A stretch of DNA of 64,000 bases, from positions 796,201-860,200 of the forward strand of contig NC_092670.1 of NCBI RefSeq assembly GCF_964355755.1. The letters are read 5' to 3'. A program made the position numbers and the translations under genes. Position 1 is the first letter of the stretch. Each line of letters opens with the position of its first letter. Under the pieces are notes generated by a model, which saw nothing but the letters and a program-made list of their open reading frames with translations, was not told the DNA's origin and made no database searches. Below are positions 41,351 through 54,400 of this stretch, piece after piece. This DNA is from Antedon mediterranea (taxonomy: Eukaryota; Animalia; Echinodermata).

Positions 41351-44300
41351 TTACCGTACATTTTCTTTAATGGTGACCATGATGCCACCAACAGATACAT
41401 CTGTAACAAGTACACTGTTGAGAAGTTCATTTGGTGGTCTCCACACACTCATTTTATTGCGATTGCTATGGAGAGCGCGCTTCTCCGCCATTAGTTTATA
41501 GTCTGGGAAACGTCTTTGTTTCTGTGTATTTAGGCCTACTGGGCTTATCACCTGCTCGACGGGTGGTGTTGGGGGAACTACCGTTGTCGGGGCTGTCTTC
41601 AACGGATACTTCCGCGGTCGTCCACGTTTTCTCTTCTCTTTTTGTACGGGTTCTACCGATGTAGGCTGCGAGGAAAGCGCGGGAATTAACGAGGTTGTGT
41701 TGACGGTCGGCGCACCCGATACTCTCACTTCTTCCTGCCTGCCAACCAGGCTTTCCTTCTTGGCAATTTCTGCTGCCAAAAGTGACGCTTTAAATTGGGC
41801 CTCTAACTTAGCCCGCTGTTTCCAATGTAATTTCTTTTTCTTTTGTACAGGATGTTTCTTTTCTTTGACCTCCTTTATCTTCTTATTCACAAATTTTATC
41901 AATAGTTTTGGTCGACCTCGTTTTGCTTTAGGCTTTGCTTCAACAATAGATACCTTTTCCCTTTTCTTCTTCAGCTCCTCACTTTCCTTAGATTCGTCTA
42001 TAACTGACGCAAGTTCGTAACACGTTGGAATCTCATGTGTAGGAGCATTTGTTACAGAACATCTGATTGTGGCCTCGCTTTCGTACGAGGCTGCCTCTTT
42101 TTCGTACGAGGCCTCGCCATTCACCACCACCGCCGCATCGGTAGGATTGATGTGTTGTTTTTGGGGGATCAGTACCCGGTCTTCTGTTTCTGGAGGTGGT
42201 GTGTCGGTGCCGGTGCACTGATCGTGAGTTTCCACCTGTCTTCGGGCTGGTATGGGTAGAAAATCTTCATCGAACGATGCAATTGACTGACTTGCCTAAA
42301 AGATAAATTTATGACTTTGAACATTGTTTGGCTTATTCAATTAGTGATTTCCTGCGAATCGAACTGAGGTCGACGAATGCCAATGTCATTCCCGACTAGC
42401 CACTTTGAAAGGTCATGAAAACTTAGATAAGATATTAATACACAGTAGCCTAAGTAAAATCAAACATTTATATGAATGGGTGACTTAATTCAGTTTTTCC
42501 AATGCACATTATTAGGCCAACACGACACAAGCTGATACAACTAACATAATTAAATGATGAATGCTCACTGTATATTGTACATATTATAATCAAACACTAT
42601 ATTTGATATTTTACTTAAAATGATCGGTACTATTCTATTTAATTTGTTTGGGACCGGCATTTACTAGGTTGTAGTACCCCTTGGCTATATCAAGGGCGGA
42701 TCCAGGATTTTGTGAAAGGGGGGGGGGGGGCGCAACTGTAGAGAGTCCGCACCAACTCAGCGCCACCATGGTTGAGGCTGAGTTGAGGCGATTTTGAAAA
42801 TGTAACACCTCTAGATGGTCGGATATGGCACTCTCACGTTAAATAAATGTATTAAAATTGAAATTTTAAATATGAAAACTGAGGTACTAGCCTATCAAAG
42901 GGTGACATTTTCCCTATAGGCCTATTTTGAGTAAAAGTGTCACAACAGGGCGTTTCGCGCAAGTCAGAGTTTGCACGTACATGACGGAAAAAGGTGCCTG
43001 TCCAGGGCCGTCGACAGGACCTGTTATTAAATGACGCCCCAGATGGCCGGAAAAATGGTACTCTCGCACATAAAATTCATGATAAATGGCACCTCTAATT
43101 TGCAGGAAAAGACACTCTCATATGTAGCATGCTATCAATGAGCAAAACGATCATACTTTTCCCTCCAATAAACACACGTGACTAATTACAGGACGATATA
43201 ACATTTTGTTGCCGATTTCATTCACTCAGTATTTTGTTTTGATTGCGTTGCGTTCAAGTTCAATGCGAACGTACATCTAGGGGAAGCCCCGAAAAAAAGC
43301 GCAAATTTAATGCTTATTATAGCTCAATATTTATTTACATCAATTTGTTGTAGGTATTGATACAGTGGGTGGCCTAGGAAAAAAAATCGGTTGCTAATGT
43401 ATACTACCACAGTACACAGTTACCACAGTTAGTGTACTATATTATTATTAACATTATTATCCTCTATAATGATGATCTGTAGGTAACCACGCCGTGCCAT
43501 TTTTGACGTATATACACACATTTATTTATGCTTGCTGACTGCCAGCGATCTAAACAATGGGTAGGCCTACGCGGTTGTATGGCGGTGTCCTTTGTACGAA
43601 TCGTTCGTGCCTCGAGTATGGGTACGATACACGCGTCAATATCATGTTGTTACATCCAGGGACCAAAATGCGTTTCAGGTGAAAATAGGCAATTCATTTC
43701 GCAACTCTTAGAAATTTACAGACAGCAATGACAATGTCAATGGTGATGTCACGATAAATATGGTTCGGGGCCAAAATCGGTCCGGCCGGACCAGTTTTGG
43801 CTCTAAAGTTGTGGCCAAAAGCAGTCCGCCACTGCCAAAATCGGTCCGGGCTTTTCTTCTGTCGATATTAATTGAATTACTAGGCCTATGATGCTGTTTT
43901 AAATTGTTTATGGCTAGAAAAATATCCCATGATATATATTAGTAAGTTATCTTGTCGGATAAATACTATAAATAAATGTATTTTATCTAAAAACATGACT
44001 TAGGTGTTCACTCATATTTCAGCCTGCCACACACTCACATGAACGGGTATGCTGAGACGCTGATATTGCCAGCTAGATTTTATTTTATGATTAACAGGCC
44101 TTTTTCCTTCCTCAGCCTAATAAATATTGGATAATTGTTTTATAATAATTGTATTGAATTGATATATTGATTGATTAACCATAAATAATTAATAAATTAA
44201 ATTGTTTTTAACATCATGGGGAATCGAAAATGTTAAAAAAGAACAAAATGGATTAAAAACAGGCAGAGATACATATTGTATACAAAAAGCAAACAATTAG

Positions 44301-45663
44301 TACTAATTATTGATGAGTTACTACTAATAATGATAATAAAAAAAACAGGCTTAATTTATAATATTAAAATAACAAATAAACCCCGTAATATAATGACTGA
44401 TCATGGCCTTTTTAAAAAAAATGATATATACATTTATGACTCATTTTGCGCACCATATATTTGTAAGACTGGACTATATTTGGCGGCCAAAAACAGTCCT
44501 ACTGCCCGGACCGATTTTATCCAGGCCGGACCAGTTGTGGCGGCCAAAATTGGTCCGGTCGGACAGGTTTTGGCAGCCATAAATGGTCCCCTAGACTGAT
44601 TTTGGCAGCCAAAACTGGTCCGCCGGACCGATTTTGGCCCGGACTGATTTTGGTGTGAGAGTGACCTCTAATAAAAAGTAAATTAGCACGGCGCTGAATG
44701 TGTTTTAACCAAAAGTGAAAGTACTTTACTCTTTTTTCCCATTTTTTTTCCCTTATTATGGTAGGATGATTTTTTTTGTCTCCAGATTTATAGGGGAGGG
44801 GGGCGTGCGGAGGGTACCCCCCCCCCCCCCTGGATCCACCACTGAGCCTTTGCCTTTCTTTAAAGGGTAGGCTTTAATAATAATGGTGGCATCATACTCA
44901 TAGTATATGTAATATGATGTGTATATTAAATTAGGTCTATGCATACTCATTATTTTTACTTAAATAAACCTACAATTATGTTTTCATTGTGATTTAGATA
45001 AACTTGATAAATGAATATTAAATAATGACAGGCCTAGTACTAGTAGTAAGTAGGATGTTTACAGTGACTGACCTGTAGTTTTCGTCTTCGTCGTCTTTTT
45101 TTCTTTGGCTGTTCATCGAGTTCTTCCTGCCTATAATAATATATACAGTAATAACAACATGCATCGTAAAATGAAATGGATAATAGCGTTTATTTTGCTA
45201 CAACAACACATACTGAATGTTTTTAATTATACGCCATAAGCTAGGCTCACTGAGCTAGGCCCGTAACAGATGGCTCAACTTACCGTTCGAAGGCCTTGAA
45301 CAGTCGTTCGTCCAATATATTTTCCTTCGGTTCCCATGTGCTGTACCTACAGCATTGAGAAAATATCGTTTAAATAATAATACATGAACTCATATTATAA
45401 TATTTAAAGAAAAATATCAAAGAAAAGTATTTACTTTATTGACCAGCCTTTCCATTTTATGAGATATTCCTCTTGATCCTACGGAAAGAAGAGTACAAAG
45501 AACGCAGTTATTACCCGAGTAAAACAAAGAATAGGCAAAAAAGCTCGATACGCTAGGCCTAGCTATAGAAATAATTTGTTACCCAAATACGTACATTTAC
45601 TATCCTTTTCTTCAGCACAGCTTCAGCGGCATAAACGCTTTCACCTATACTGCTGAGCTCCAT
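41351..45663 (-). CDS. CBX: Polycomb-class chromobox protein C, ~392 aa; exons 45595-45663, 45435-45478, 45284-45346, 45073-45130, 41351-42295
   Basis: MELSSIGESVYAAEAVLKKRIVN|DQEEYLIKWKGWSIK|YSTWEPKENILDERLFKAFER|QEELDEQPKKKRRRRRKLQ|ASQSIASF...; AT-hooks KRGRPK and RKRGRPRK; C-box VWRPPNELLNSVLVTDVSVGGIMVTIKENVR*. All introns are GT-AG. Confidence 0.93.
42691..44844. mobile_element. Putative non-autonomous DNA transposon in gene C intron 4
   Basis: Imperfect TIRs CAAGGGCGGATCCAGG followed by a G-run, and a C-run followed by CCTGGATCCACCACTG; no clean TSD seen. Confidence 0.5.
43747..44665. mobile_element. Nested non-autonomous DNA transposon with subterminal repeat arrays
   Basis: Left GGGCCAAAATCGGTCCGGCCGGACCAGTTTTGGC is the near-perfect inverse of right GCCAAAACTGGTCCGCCGGACCGATTTTGGCCC; several GGACC..TTTTGGC.GCCAAAA units occur at both ends. 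Confidence 0.75.
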
Positions 45664-46236
45664 GCTCTCTTCATGCCTAGCCCTTCGAACCATCTCTATT
45701 TTAGCGACCTCTGACACTAATATAATGCAGCAGACGATATTCTCTTATGAAGCTAGGCTTACCAAACAATCCTTCTAGGCTACTCTACTCGTTCGTTCTA
45801 CGCCGTGTTCATTGACCTACATTTACCACCCTGACACATGCAATATTATTAACATTCTGTCAAATCAATTTGGGATATTTAAGTTCGAAAAGACATGTTA
45901 GGCCTACTCGTCGGCTGACCTAGTCCTGTAGACCTATTTCATATTATATTATCATAATATAATATAATGTTTAAAAAACACACTTCCTGTACACTAGCTT
46001 GGGAAAAACGGTCTTGTTAAGTTCATAGAGCTAATTAATTTATTTCTACAGATTAAATTAATTAGATATATTTTCCTTATCACATTTTTGTGATATTGAT
46101 ATAATTGATATAAAAACACGTTTTTACATTTCGGTCAAAATGTGACGTAGGCCTATGGTATCACACGGAGCAGCAATGATATGCCTAACTGCTTAGTTGT
46201 TGTAGGTCTGCATTATTTTGATATTTTGAAGTTTAA

Positions 46237-46862
46237 AGACCCCTTCCCTGCAATTTTGGACGTTTTTTGGAAAATAATACATATATATCACTTTAAAAAC
46301 ATTAAACCATGTCATTCCTTGTCTTAAATGTACGTTTTATGGTAAATTATGATAAAAAGTGAGAAACAATGCACTACCTAAGTAGCTCGCGGCGATCGAC
46401 CTCTCGTGGACGGTCTTAGGCCTAGCCTAGCTAGGCTTAGTTTTGTAGGCCTAGCTGGTAAACATCGGTAACGTACGAACATCGTACGCGAGCTATATAC
46501 CTAGCCTGACGTTGTATAGTTGCTGCATTAATTGTCTTTCTATTTTTGCCAGACTCCGTTGATACAAATTGGGGAAACCCCGGTATTTTCGCTGAAAAGT
46601 TAGGGATCTTCCATTTGTTTTGGCCTCACGATCGATCGAAAAGTGGGCGAATTACAGGTGAAAAACAAAAATATCAATCCGCGCGCAATGCATTTTGGGA
46701 TTTATAGCGGGCCGCTATAATTATTAGAATCGACTTATTTTTCACATTTTTAACCGTTTAAAGACGAAAAAAGTTATCGCAATAGGACCATATAGTATTA
46801 TTTTTACATTAAATACAGTTTGTGATCTTAAATTAGATCTAAAAAACGTAGGGAATGGGGCT
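46237..46862. mobile_element. Kolobok-like non-autonomous element ~570 bp upstream of gene C
   Basis: TTAA|AGACCCCTTCCCT ... AGGGAATGGGGCT|TTAA: TTAA TSD, AG...CT termini and short imperfect TIRs. Confidence 0.7.
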
Positions 46863-47318
46863 TTAAGATTTGGGAAACATGTTGGTTTGCTATCGGCGTT
46901 GCCTCAAGAGAGCGGCCTTGTTTTGTTTTTATTGTGTAGGCTATTCAGCGTATTGTTTTAGTGTTGATGATGAATAAAAGAGATTAATTTGATGAGTTGA
47001 TGGTATTTTTTTATGAGTTGAAAGATTATCCCAAGTGGCGAAGCCGATTTTATAGCAACAAAATTACAAAACGATCAATAAAACTGTACTAAACTTGTAT
47101 AAAATCACAGTCTACTCCCAGTCCATCAAGTTTTAGGGTTCGTTCAAACCTCGGATCCGATCCAATCGAGCTCGGAAACTATTCCAATCAAAAGAGAATA
47201 CACCAAAACAATAAGTAGTAAAGAAAAATAATTAAAATTATAGCCTCAGTGAAAACTTTACAACATTGTTAATCAAATATAAATGTTACTGTTCACAAAA
47301 AATGATCAACAATAAAGA

Positions 47319-48903
47319 AACTAGAAATGTAACTCGTCACTTTGACGAGTTAGTTATCCGCACGACAAACGCCATGCGCACGTCATACGTTGGAATTTTG
47401 CAAAAGGAAAAAGATTATAGCATTATGACCTGAACTGAAGAATATCATATGCTGTTAGTGCCGAATTCTGTCAATTTTGTATCATATAGTATATACAGTA
47501 TAAACAGTATAATCTGTATACGTATTACATACAGTGTAGAATAGGTGAAATTACGGGACCCCACGTTTATTCTTATTTTTAACATGGCGGCGGTATCAAA
47601 ATGAAACACTAAGATAGCAATTTTGGAAGGACATTATCTCAGCAACCACATATTAACGTGTAGAAGAAATTTGAGTACGTAAAATATAGATGCGCGCCCT
47701 TTTAAATGTGATGAACTATTACGTAAAATATGAAAATACGACTTTTTTTATTCAACTGGCCATATCATGACGTCAAAACATCAGATTTGAAAAATGTTTA
47801 CATGAATTCGTATCTACAATCCAATAGCTTCCAGAAAACGTTTTAATCATGATTATCACGTTTTATTCTGACGAGCTATGACAGATTGAAATTTACTGTA
47901 AAGATGAAAATAAATGACCCACGTTATTTTCATTTTTAGACATGATGACGTCATAAAAATTAAAATATGTTTAACTCAAGTGAAAGATAGTTGATTGACC
48001 TAGATAATATAAAAATCGGGGTGAAAATGGAAAACAGATAATTGGAGATGCGCTCTATTAAATGTGATGAGCTATGAGGAAAGATACAAAAATCCTATAT
48101 TTTATATTCGCATGGCCCCACGATGACGTCACAATGTCCGGTTAGCCATATTAATGCATGATCCAATATTTAGAACTTATCAACTTCCAGAATATGTAAT
48201 AAAAACAACTTTCACCGTTTAGTTTAGGAACTACGACTGTTTAAAAAAAGGCATAATTTTGAAGAATTTTTGAACTTTTTCATCAAAAACGTGGGCAAAT
48301 TATCAAATTCTACGTGCTCGTATGACATGATTTTAAGTCGAAATTGTTTAAAAATTGGTAAAATTACTAGAAAAGGCTGGAAAAACATAAATCATGAGAA
48401 AAAATATTTTTTTGCGCTACGTGCGCGCGCGCGTAAAAAAATTGCTCGCGCTTGGGAATTTTTTTAAATGCTTAAAATGACATGAAACGCATAGAAAGTT
48501 GATTAGAAATTGATTTTTCGCATTTTCAAATTTTAAATGCGCGTGCGCGCGTAACTTTCTGTGAAACATGCCATTTTTTATCTACATACAGTTAGCGCAA
48601 GATATAAATTAAACTTTTGCTAAGTTTCAATTTAAATTGTTGAATGGTTTTTGATCTATGTTAAAAACGCGAAATTCATAAAAACGCACGTAAGTCACGT
48701 TGCGCAACTCTGACGTCATTCAAAAATAGGAGGTGCACAACTTCACGTGAATGCCCATATGTCGACAAAGTTATGAAATGTTATGTTAACACGTTTTAGA
48801 GATACGCTCTGCACAAAAAGTGAGAGAGAAAGACCGAAGAATAATGTGAAAAAAAAGAACCAGGACAGTTACAAGGAGTTATCCGCTGAATGCGGATAAC
48901 TAA
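47319..48903. mobile_element. Helentron/HINE (DINE-1)-like non-autonomous element, ~1.6 kb
   Basis: Subterminal IR TTAGTTATCCGCA (47350-47362) and TGCGGATAACTAA (48891-48903); terminal hairpins TAACTCGTCA-CTT-TGACGAGTTA and AGTTATCCGC-TGAAT-GCGGATAACT; internal ~360-bp diverged duplication. Confidence 0.65.
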
Positions 48904-49613
48904 TTAGTTACAGTAATTTTATTATATAATACTGTATAAACACAATGAACTTTATAAGTGTATAAATTGCGCCCTCTATGTGGAAAATGCACACAATGAC
49001 TTGAATTTACTTGAGATTGGAAAACATGGGAACGAAAAAAAAATCCAATGATGTTTCTCTCTAAATTTATTCGTAATTGCTAAACAAAAAACACAATATA
49101 ATACACAATTTTTTACAGATTATCGACTATAATGTGACAAATTCAAAGAAAGTAAAAGTCAAGCCATTGAGATTTCGTCCGATCTTCATTGTAAACCAAT
49201 TAATTTATTTTTGAATAAATAAACCTCCCTTTGTGACGTCAAGAAAATGAAATTGAATTTATCAAAATCTTTAGGAAGATTCACAATAAACATGGTCACA
49301 TTAGGATTTTGTTTATAATCATATTAGCATGATATTGTCTTTAAATTAGGCCCACTGTCCTTTGTTTGGAGTAGCCTAAGTAAGGTCGTCTGCTCTGAGT
49401 ACGGTGTCTTCAAATATATCATCATGCTGTAGTGTTTTGTATCTATATTTCTGAATTTCAAACATTACATTTATATTTGACTATAATTTTGGTTATTTAG
49501 GCTATTCATATCAATTTATATAGATAACATTTTTTTAATATTTATATTTTGTGTGCAAACATTTATATTTTGTTTTTGTTCTGTGTTTGTTTTGTGTTAT
49601 ATGACAAACTGCA

Positions 49614-49649
49614 TTAACGTACGGTGAGAGTCAATAAAGAATTGAATTG
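49614..49649 (+). mobile_element. Retroposon 3' end, second copy
   Basis: Identical to 7443-7478. Confidence 0.6.
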
Positions 49650-51246
49650 TGTATTTTTGTAAGTCTAAAATGTTTGCGTAGTGGTGGAAAAGATGAGTAA
49701 GTTTGGTGACAAATAAATAATAATCTTGTGCTATCTTTCTGTGCGAATAGCCGATCTTCGTAACACTCCAGCACCGTACGCGTCCTAACCCCCGGGGAAC
49801 TCCATTTTGGGTTTTCTGGTAGCACGTGAGTAAGCTGATAGGCCTACTGCAAGTACTACGTGACCAAATCAAACAGTGCGTTTCTACTTATAATAATTAT
49901 AGTTTGTGCATAATGTAAACAAAACAGGAAATGACACTTATGCGTCGAACTCCCAAGTAAAATTCTGTAACAATACGGAAATGAGGCGTAGAATATAGAT
50001 TGTATTGAACGTGAAAGATGTGTGGTCTATGTATTACAGTGTAGTGTTCTAGGGCCGTGGGCTGCTGTTGGTTTGGTTCGGGCAAACCATTTAGAAGGCC
50101 CATTTTCTCCAAAACTATAGCAACTTCCGTATCCATCTAACGTCGAACCCGACGCTAGATGATTCTGTTGAAGTTAATGCTGGGACTGGATGTGCTCTAT
50201 CCGTCGTTTAAAACGATAAAAATTTATACAACAAACATTTAACAAAAATAAATAAAAGATGCTATCCATTTGCAATTTAATAATATTTTTATAATTGAAA
50301 AGCGCTGCCAAAATAGCGATTAAATGAAATTTACATCCAGATTATACTAGACTACATAAGTAAACAAAATGTAAGATTTTATTATACAAATATCTTTTTC
50401 CACATAACTGTCTATTTCAGAAATAATAGTAATAGGCCCATTTCAGAACACGTGTTACTGTTAAGCAATGCTAATAAGTATATCCATGCGTAATCCAGCT
50501 ATCTATCGTTTCCGTTAGTCTCCATCAAAAAAAGATCCAATTTGATCAGATTGTTATCCAGAACATTGATTGCATTGACCTTTGGATTAGTGGGCTTCCT
50601 GTTTCTGGAATCAACTGGTAGAAAAGAACAAAATTGCTCATAACATTTATGTTCTAATTTTAAATGTTGTGGTGCAGATGAATCCGGGTGGCGGTTACCG
50701 TATTTATAATTCCAAGTTGTCTTCAACAAAATATTATAATTATGATGAAATGTAACGATCCTAGCGCCTGTTTTAAACAGATAGGCATACAATGTTTTCG
50801 TTAGTTCGATTAAGATTAATTAATTTTTCCCTACAAAAGAATTCCTTTGAAAAAAAAATTATAGGATATATATAAAGTTTGTTTGTTGAGTATAAATTTA
50901 AAGTGGGTGATTTTCCCAACAATATTGTAATTTTAACTCCTGAGTAAAATACTGAATGACATTTGCTATTCACAGTTAATTAATCTAACAATCGGTAAAA
51001 ATAACCTTCATCGAGTCGCAGTACGGAAACAATATCATGATTTCGTCAGAAGGTTAGTGTCAATGTTTAGTAGGTAGTTGATAAAAACTGAGTTTCTCCA
51101 TGGTACAAACTGGCAATGAGACAACTGATCCTGCTGCGTCCACGATACGAGAAACACAAAATATTAAATAACAATTGTGTTATGGAGAAGTCATCTTGCT
51201 TGATAAACGTGGAAATTTCAATACAAAAACGAAATATATACACAAT

Positions 51247-51371
51247 GCCTGGGTTTCCCGTAGCATTGCTACCGCGCTCACTCGCTCTACACATTGCGTG
51301 GGCCGCGGCCTGGGTTTCCCGTAGCAGCATTGCTACCGCGCTCACTCGCTCTACACATTGCGTGGGCCGCG
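51247..51371. repeat. 61/64-bp GC-rich tandem duplication ~90 bp past the gene D stop codon (likely 3' UTR)
   Basis: GCCTGGGTTTCCCGTAGCA(GCA)TTGCTACCGCGCTCACTCGCTCTACACATTGCGTGGGCCGCG x2. Confidence 0.92.
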
Positions 51372-51460
51372 TCTCCAATGCAATCGGGAAGGCACACCGA
51401 TTCGTCGTCGCGCTGATGAATCGACAGATTTGAAATAAGTACTAATAATTATAGCTTTTC

Positions 51461-54400
51461 TTATGTTTCAGAATGTTTTCGTATTAAGTTATTGTTGAGT
51501 GTATATGTATAATCCATAATATTGATGAATGCTGTAGAATCGTCAGCTGAAATGTTTGTCTGTGGTGCTACCATTGAGTGCGATGAAGTAACAACATGTT
51601 GTCTACTTGCTGCATCATTTGATGTAGGGTCAAATAATCTAGGCTTCTTAATACTAAGGTCTAGAGGTTCGTCTTGTAGTGGAAGAGAAGCCTTTCTTTT
51701 AGGATGAATATCAGCGCTGCGTAACGACTGCGCAGAGCCTACGTTCGAATAATTCCATGAAGTAGGAGGATACGCGGCCAGATCACCATGTGACCGGAAT
51801 TTATTTTTGTGATTGGTTGAATTGTACGATGTTTTTGAATACGTGCTGTATCTGTTTAAACCTTTCCAGAAATTCATATTTACAACGTAAGCTTCCTTTG
51901 GTGATACGGATGGTGGTTTTCCGGATTTTCGCTTGCAGGTCGTCATGCCTGAATACATATTTTTAGGTGTAGGGCTACTACTAACATTTGATAATGTCTT
52001 GGTCGCAAGGCCTACACTTCCATCTTGGCCTAAACGTGATTCTTTTACCCGGGACGCACATTTAACCAAATCCAATGTGCAATATTTTCCAATTTTCTCC
52101 GTAGGGCTACAATTATCATCTGCATTTTTGCATGATTTATGTTCAGTGGTTATGTCCGCTATGACGTCACCTTGTGTGGCATCATTCTCAACATCTTTAT
52201 CGATGTTAGTCTTTGCATCTGTTTGGTGTTTGTGATAAGGAAATACTAATCCCTTTCGTTTCCCCTGAAAAAAAGAGAAAATTAAAACAGTGCGTCAAAG
52301 TTAGTCGAACATTTCAGGCGTTTCCGCAACATTGATGGTCATAATGAGGAGCTAGGAATGACTAATTAAATGTTTTGCTATGAGCTGAGTATAGGGATCA
52401 GCGGGAGCTTACAAATTAATCATAAACATAATCTATATTTCAGAAAAGGTTATGACCTAACGTTGGAATAAAATAAGTAAAAAATGTTAACTTCTTCAGA
52501 TCATAAAATCTAGATTACTACAATCTTGCGGCTACTACATTATAAAAAAGTCTTTTTCACAAGAACAGTTCTTTCTCACAAGAGGCAACAATACCCAGGG
52601 AACAGTGCAGTACCGTACTACCGTACAGGTATGTGACGTGAAGCGTTGGAATTACTTTGCATACCCACCTTCGGTTTCATGATTAGACTTTCTGCTTCTT
52701 TCGTAACTTTCAATCTGTGGAAAAGAATAAAAATAAGTTACAAAATCTATAGTGAGCGATTTCGATATATTAACACAGAGACGTCACGTAAGTTGATGGC
52801 TTAGACTTTCATGATTCGCATGGCCTGCGTGCATTGCATGCCTCGATTTGCTTCTTGCCCTTTGCAGTACTCGGCTCTTGTTCGATAATAATATCCCGGC
52901 AGAAACCGGGTTTAATGTATTAGGCCAACGATATTAAACCATGGAGTACGTGGGCAGCAGTGACTCAAGCTAGGTCAATTATAGGCCCGGATGCACAAAG
53001 AAAATTTGGAAAAATAGCAATGTTATACTATGGTTATATGCCTTTGTTTGCACAATAGTGGCATTTTCATTGAATTTACTGTAACAGGAAATACACAAAA
53101 ATGTAATGTAATCAACGTCGTGCGTCCATCACAATATGTTTTAAACTGAACGAAAGTTAGAACAGCAGATGCGTAACTGTGTTGTTTAATGGATTGGCAA
53201 GCACTAAATCAAAATGAAATAATATGCGATAAGGCTGCGCTTAGTGTGAACACAGGCCACCTACAAAAGAAAAAGTGAACCGTATCGTTGCTTTGCTTTG
53301 AGTATCTGCAAATGTGTCCGTGGTCGGAACATTGGTAGTTAACGGTTTTGTTCCCTCTATCCCGTTTATGTTATTCTTCCTAGCCGTGAGCAGATACGCG
53401 AGTGTGAAAACGGCCTTATAACATATTACAGTCAGTGCATGCAGCCAAACATTTCTTTATCTTTATCCTTTTTATAATATACTTTGCTGTTAATTAGGGA
53501 GGATATAGTATGTCATAAGTTTCTAATTCGCCAACGGTGTCTTTTATCAGTTTATAATATATTCTATTATCATTGATATCAACTCGATATAAACAAATCT
53601 GTGTTCTCAAAATGCATAATAATAATAGTAGGCCTAACTTCTCGTAAGGAAACCTTGTTCGTTGCAAATATACCTTTGTTCATAACGCTCAAACAGTCGA
53701 GCGTCCAAAATATTGCCTTCTGGTTCCCACGTGTTGTGCCTAATGGAAAAACAAAAACAATGTCATTTTTAAATGAGTATATTCAGTCTAGAAAATGTAC
53801 TCGAGGTTTTCTAGTCAGCGGGGCAGTTTCTATGGGATATGCGAGTTATAAAACCTTACCGTGACCCCGCCCCACAAGACATGTGTATAGGTGTGTAAGT
53901 GCCTTTTGTATCAGTGTATGTTAGGCAAGATCGTGGCGAAAGGTTAAACCAGACGAGGCAAAGATGCTTTAAATATACTTATTTATATAAAATATGACTA
54001 TCTGTGCAGTGGAATTGGGGTGGGTGGTGAAAATTGAAAAATTTCAGACGAGGCCAGCGCCTCGTCTGCCTAATGCTGGCTACGGCCCTGTTATGTAATT
54101 TTGAATGTATCTGTGTATATAAAGACACTAAAGTTGTTATGCCAATATTAATACTACTAAACAGCATCTGATAATGCCTACATAGAATCTAATTACTTAC
54201 TCATATTAGTTAGAATTGATTTATTTAAACATGTCTTTTTTTCGACAGCTGATGTTGAGAACAACATTTCATAGTTATCCTTTGAAAACTAGCATACTTT
54301 AGTTTATTAAAGGTCTAGGGGACCTATCTATGTCTGCAAACAACTTTCGTTTGTACCGGAGACGCCTCGACGGACAGTCTGTCTGTCGAGAGGCTTTCCG

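Noticed and set aside
50076-50200. Minus-strand peptide ...LTSTESSSVGFDVR as a hidden C-box exon of gene D
   Set aside because: It lacks the VxVTDV strand, has no convincing acceptor, and exon 5 of D already ends in a stop codon; probably chance.
51067-51433. Two ~104-aa ORFs downstream of gene D
   Set aside because: They arise from a GC-rich tandem duplication in the probable 3' UTR.
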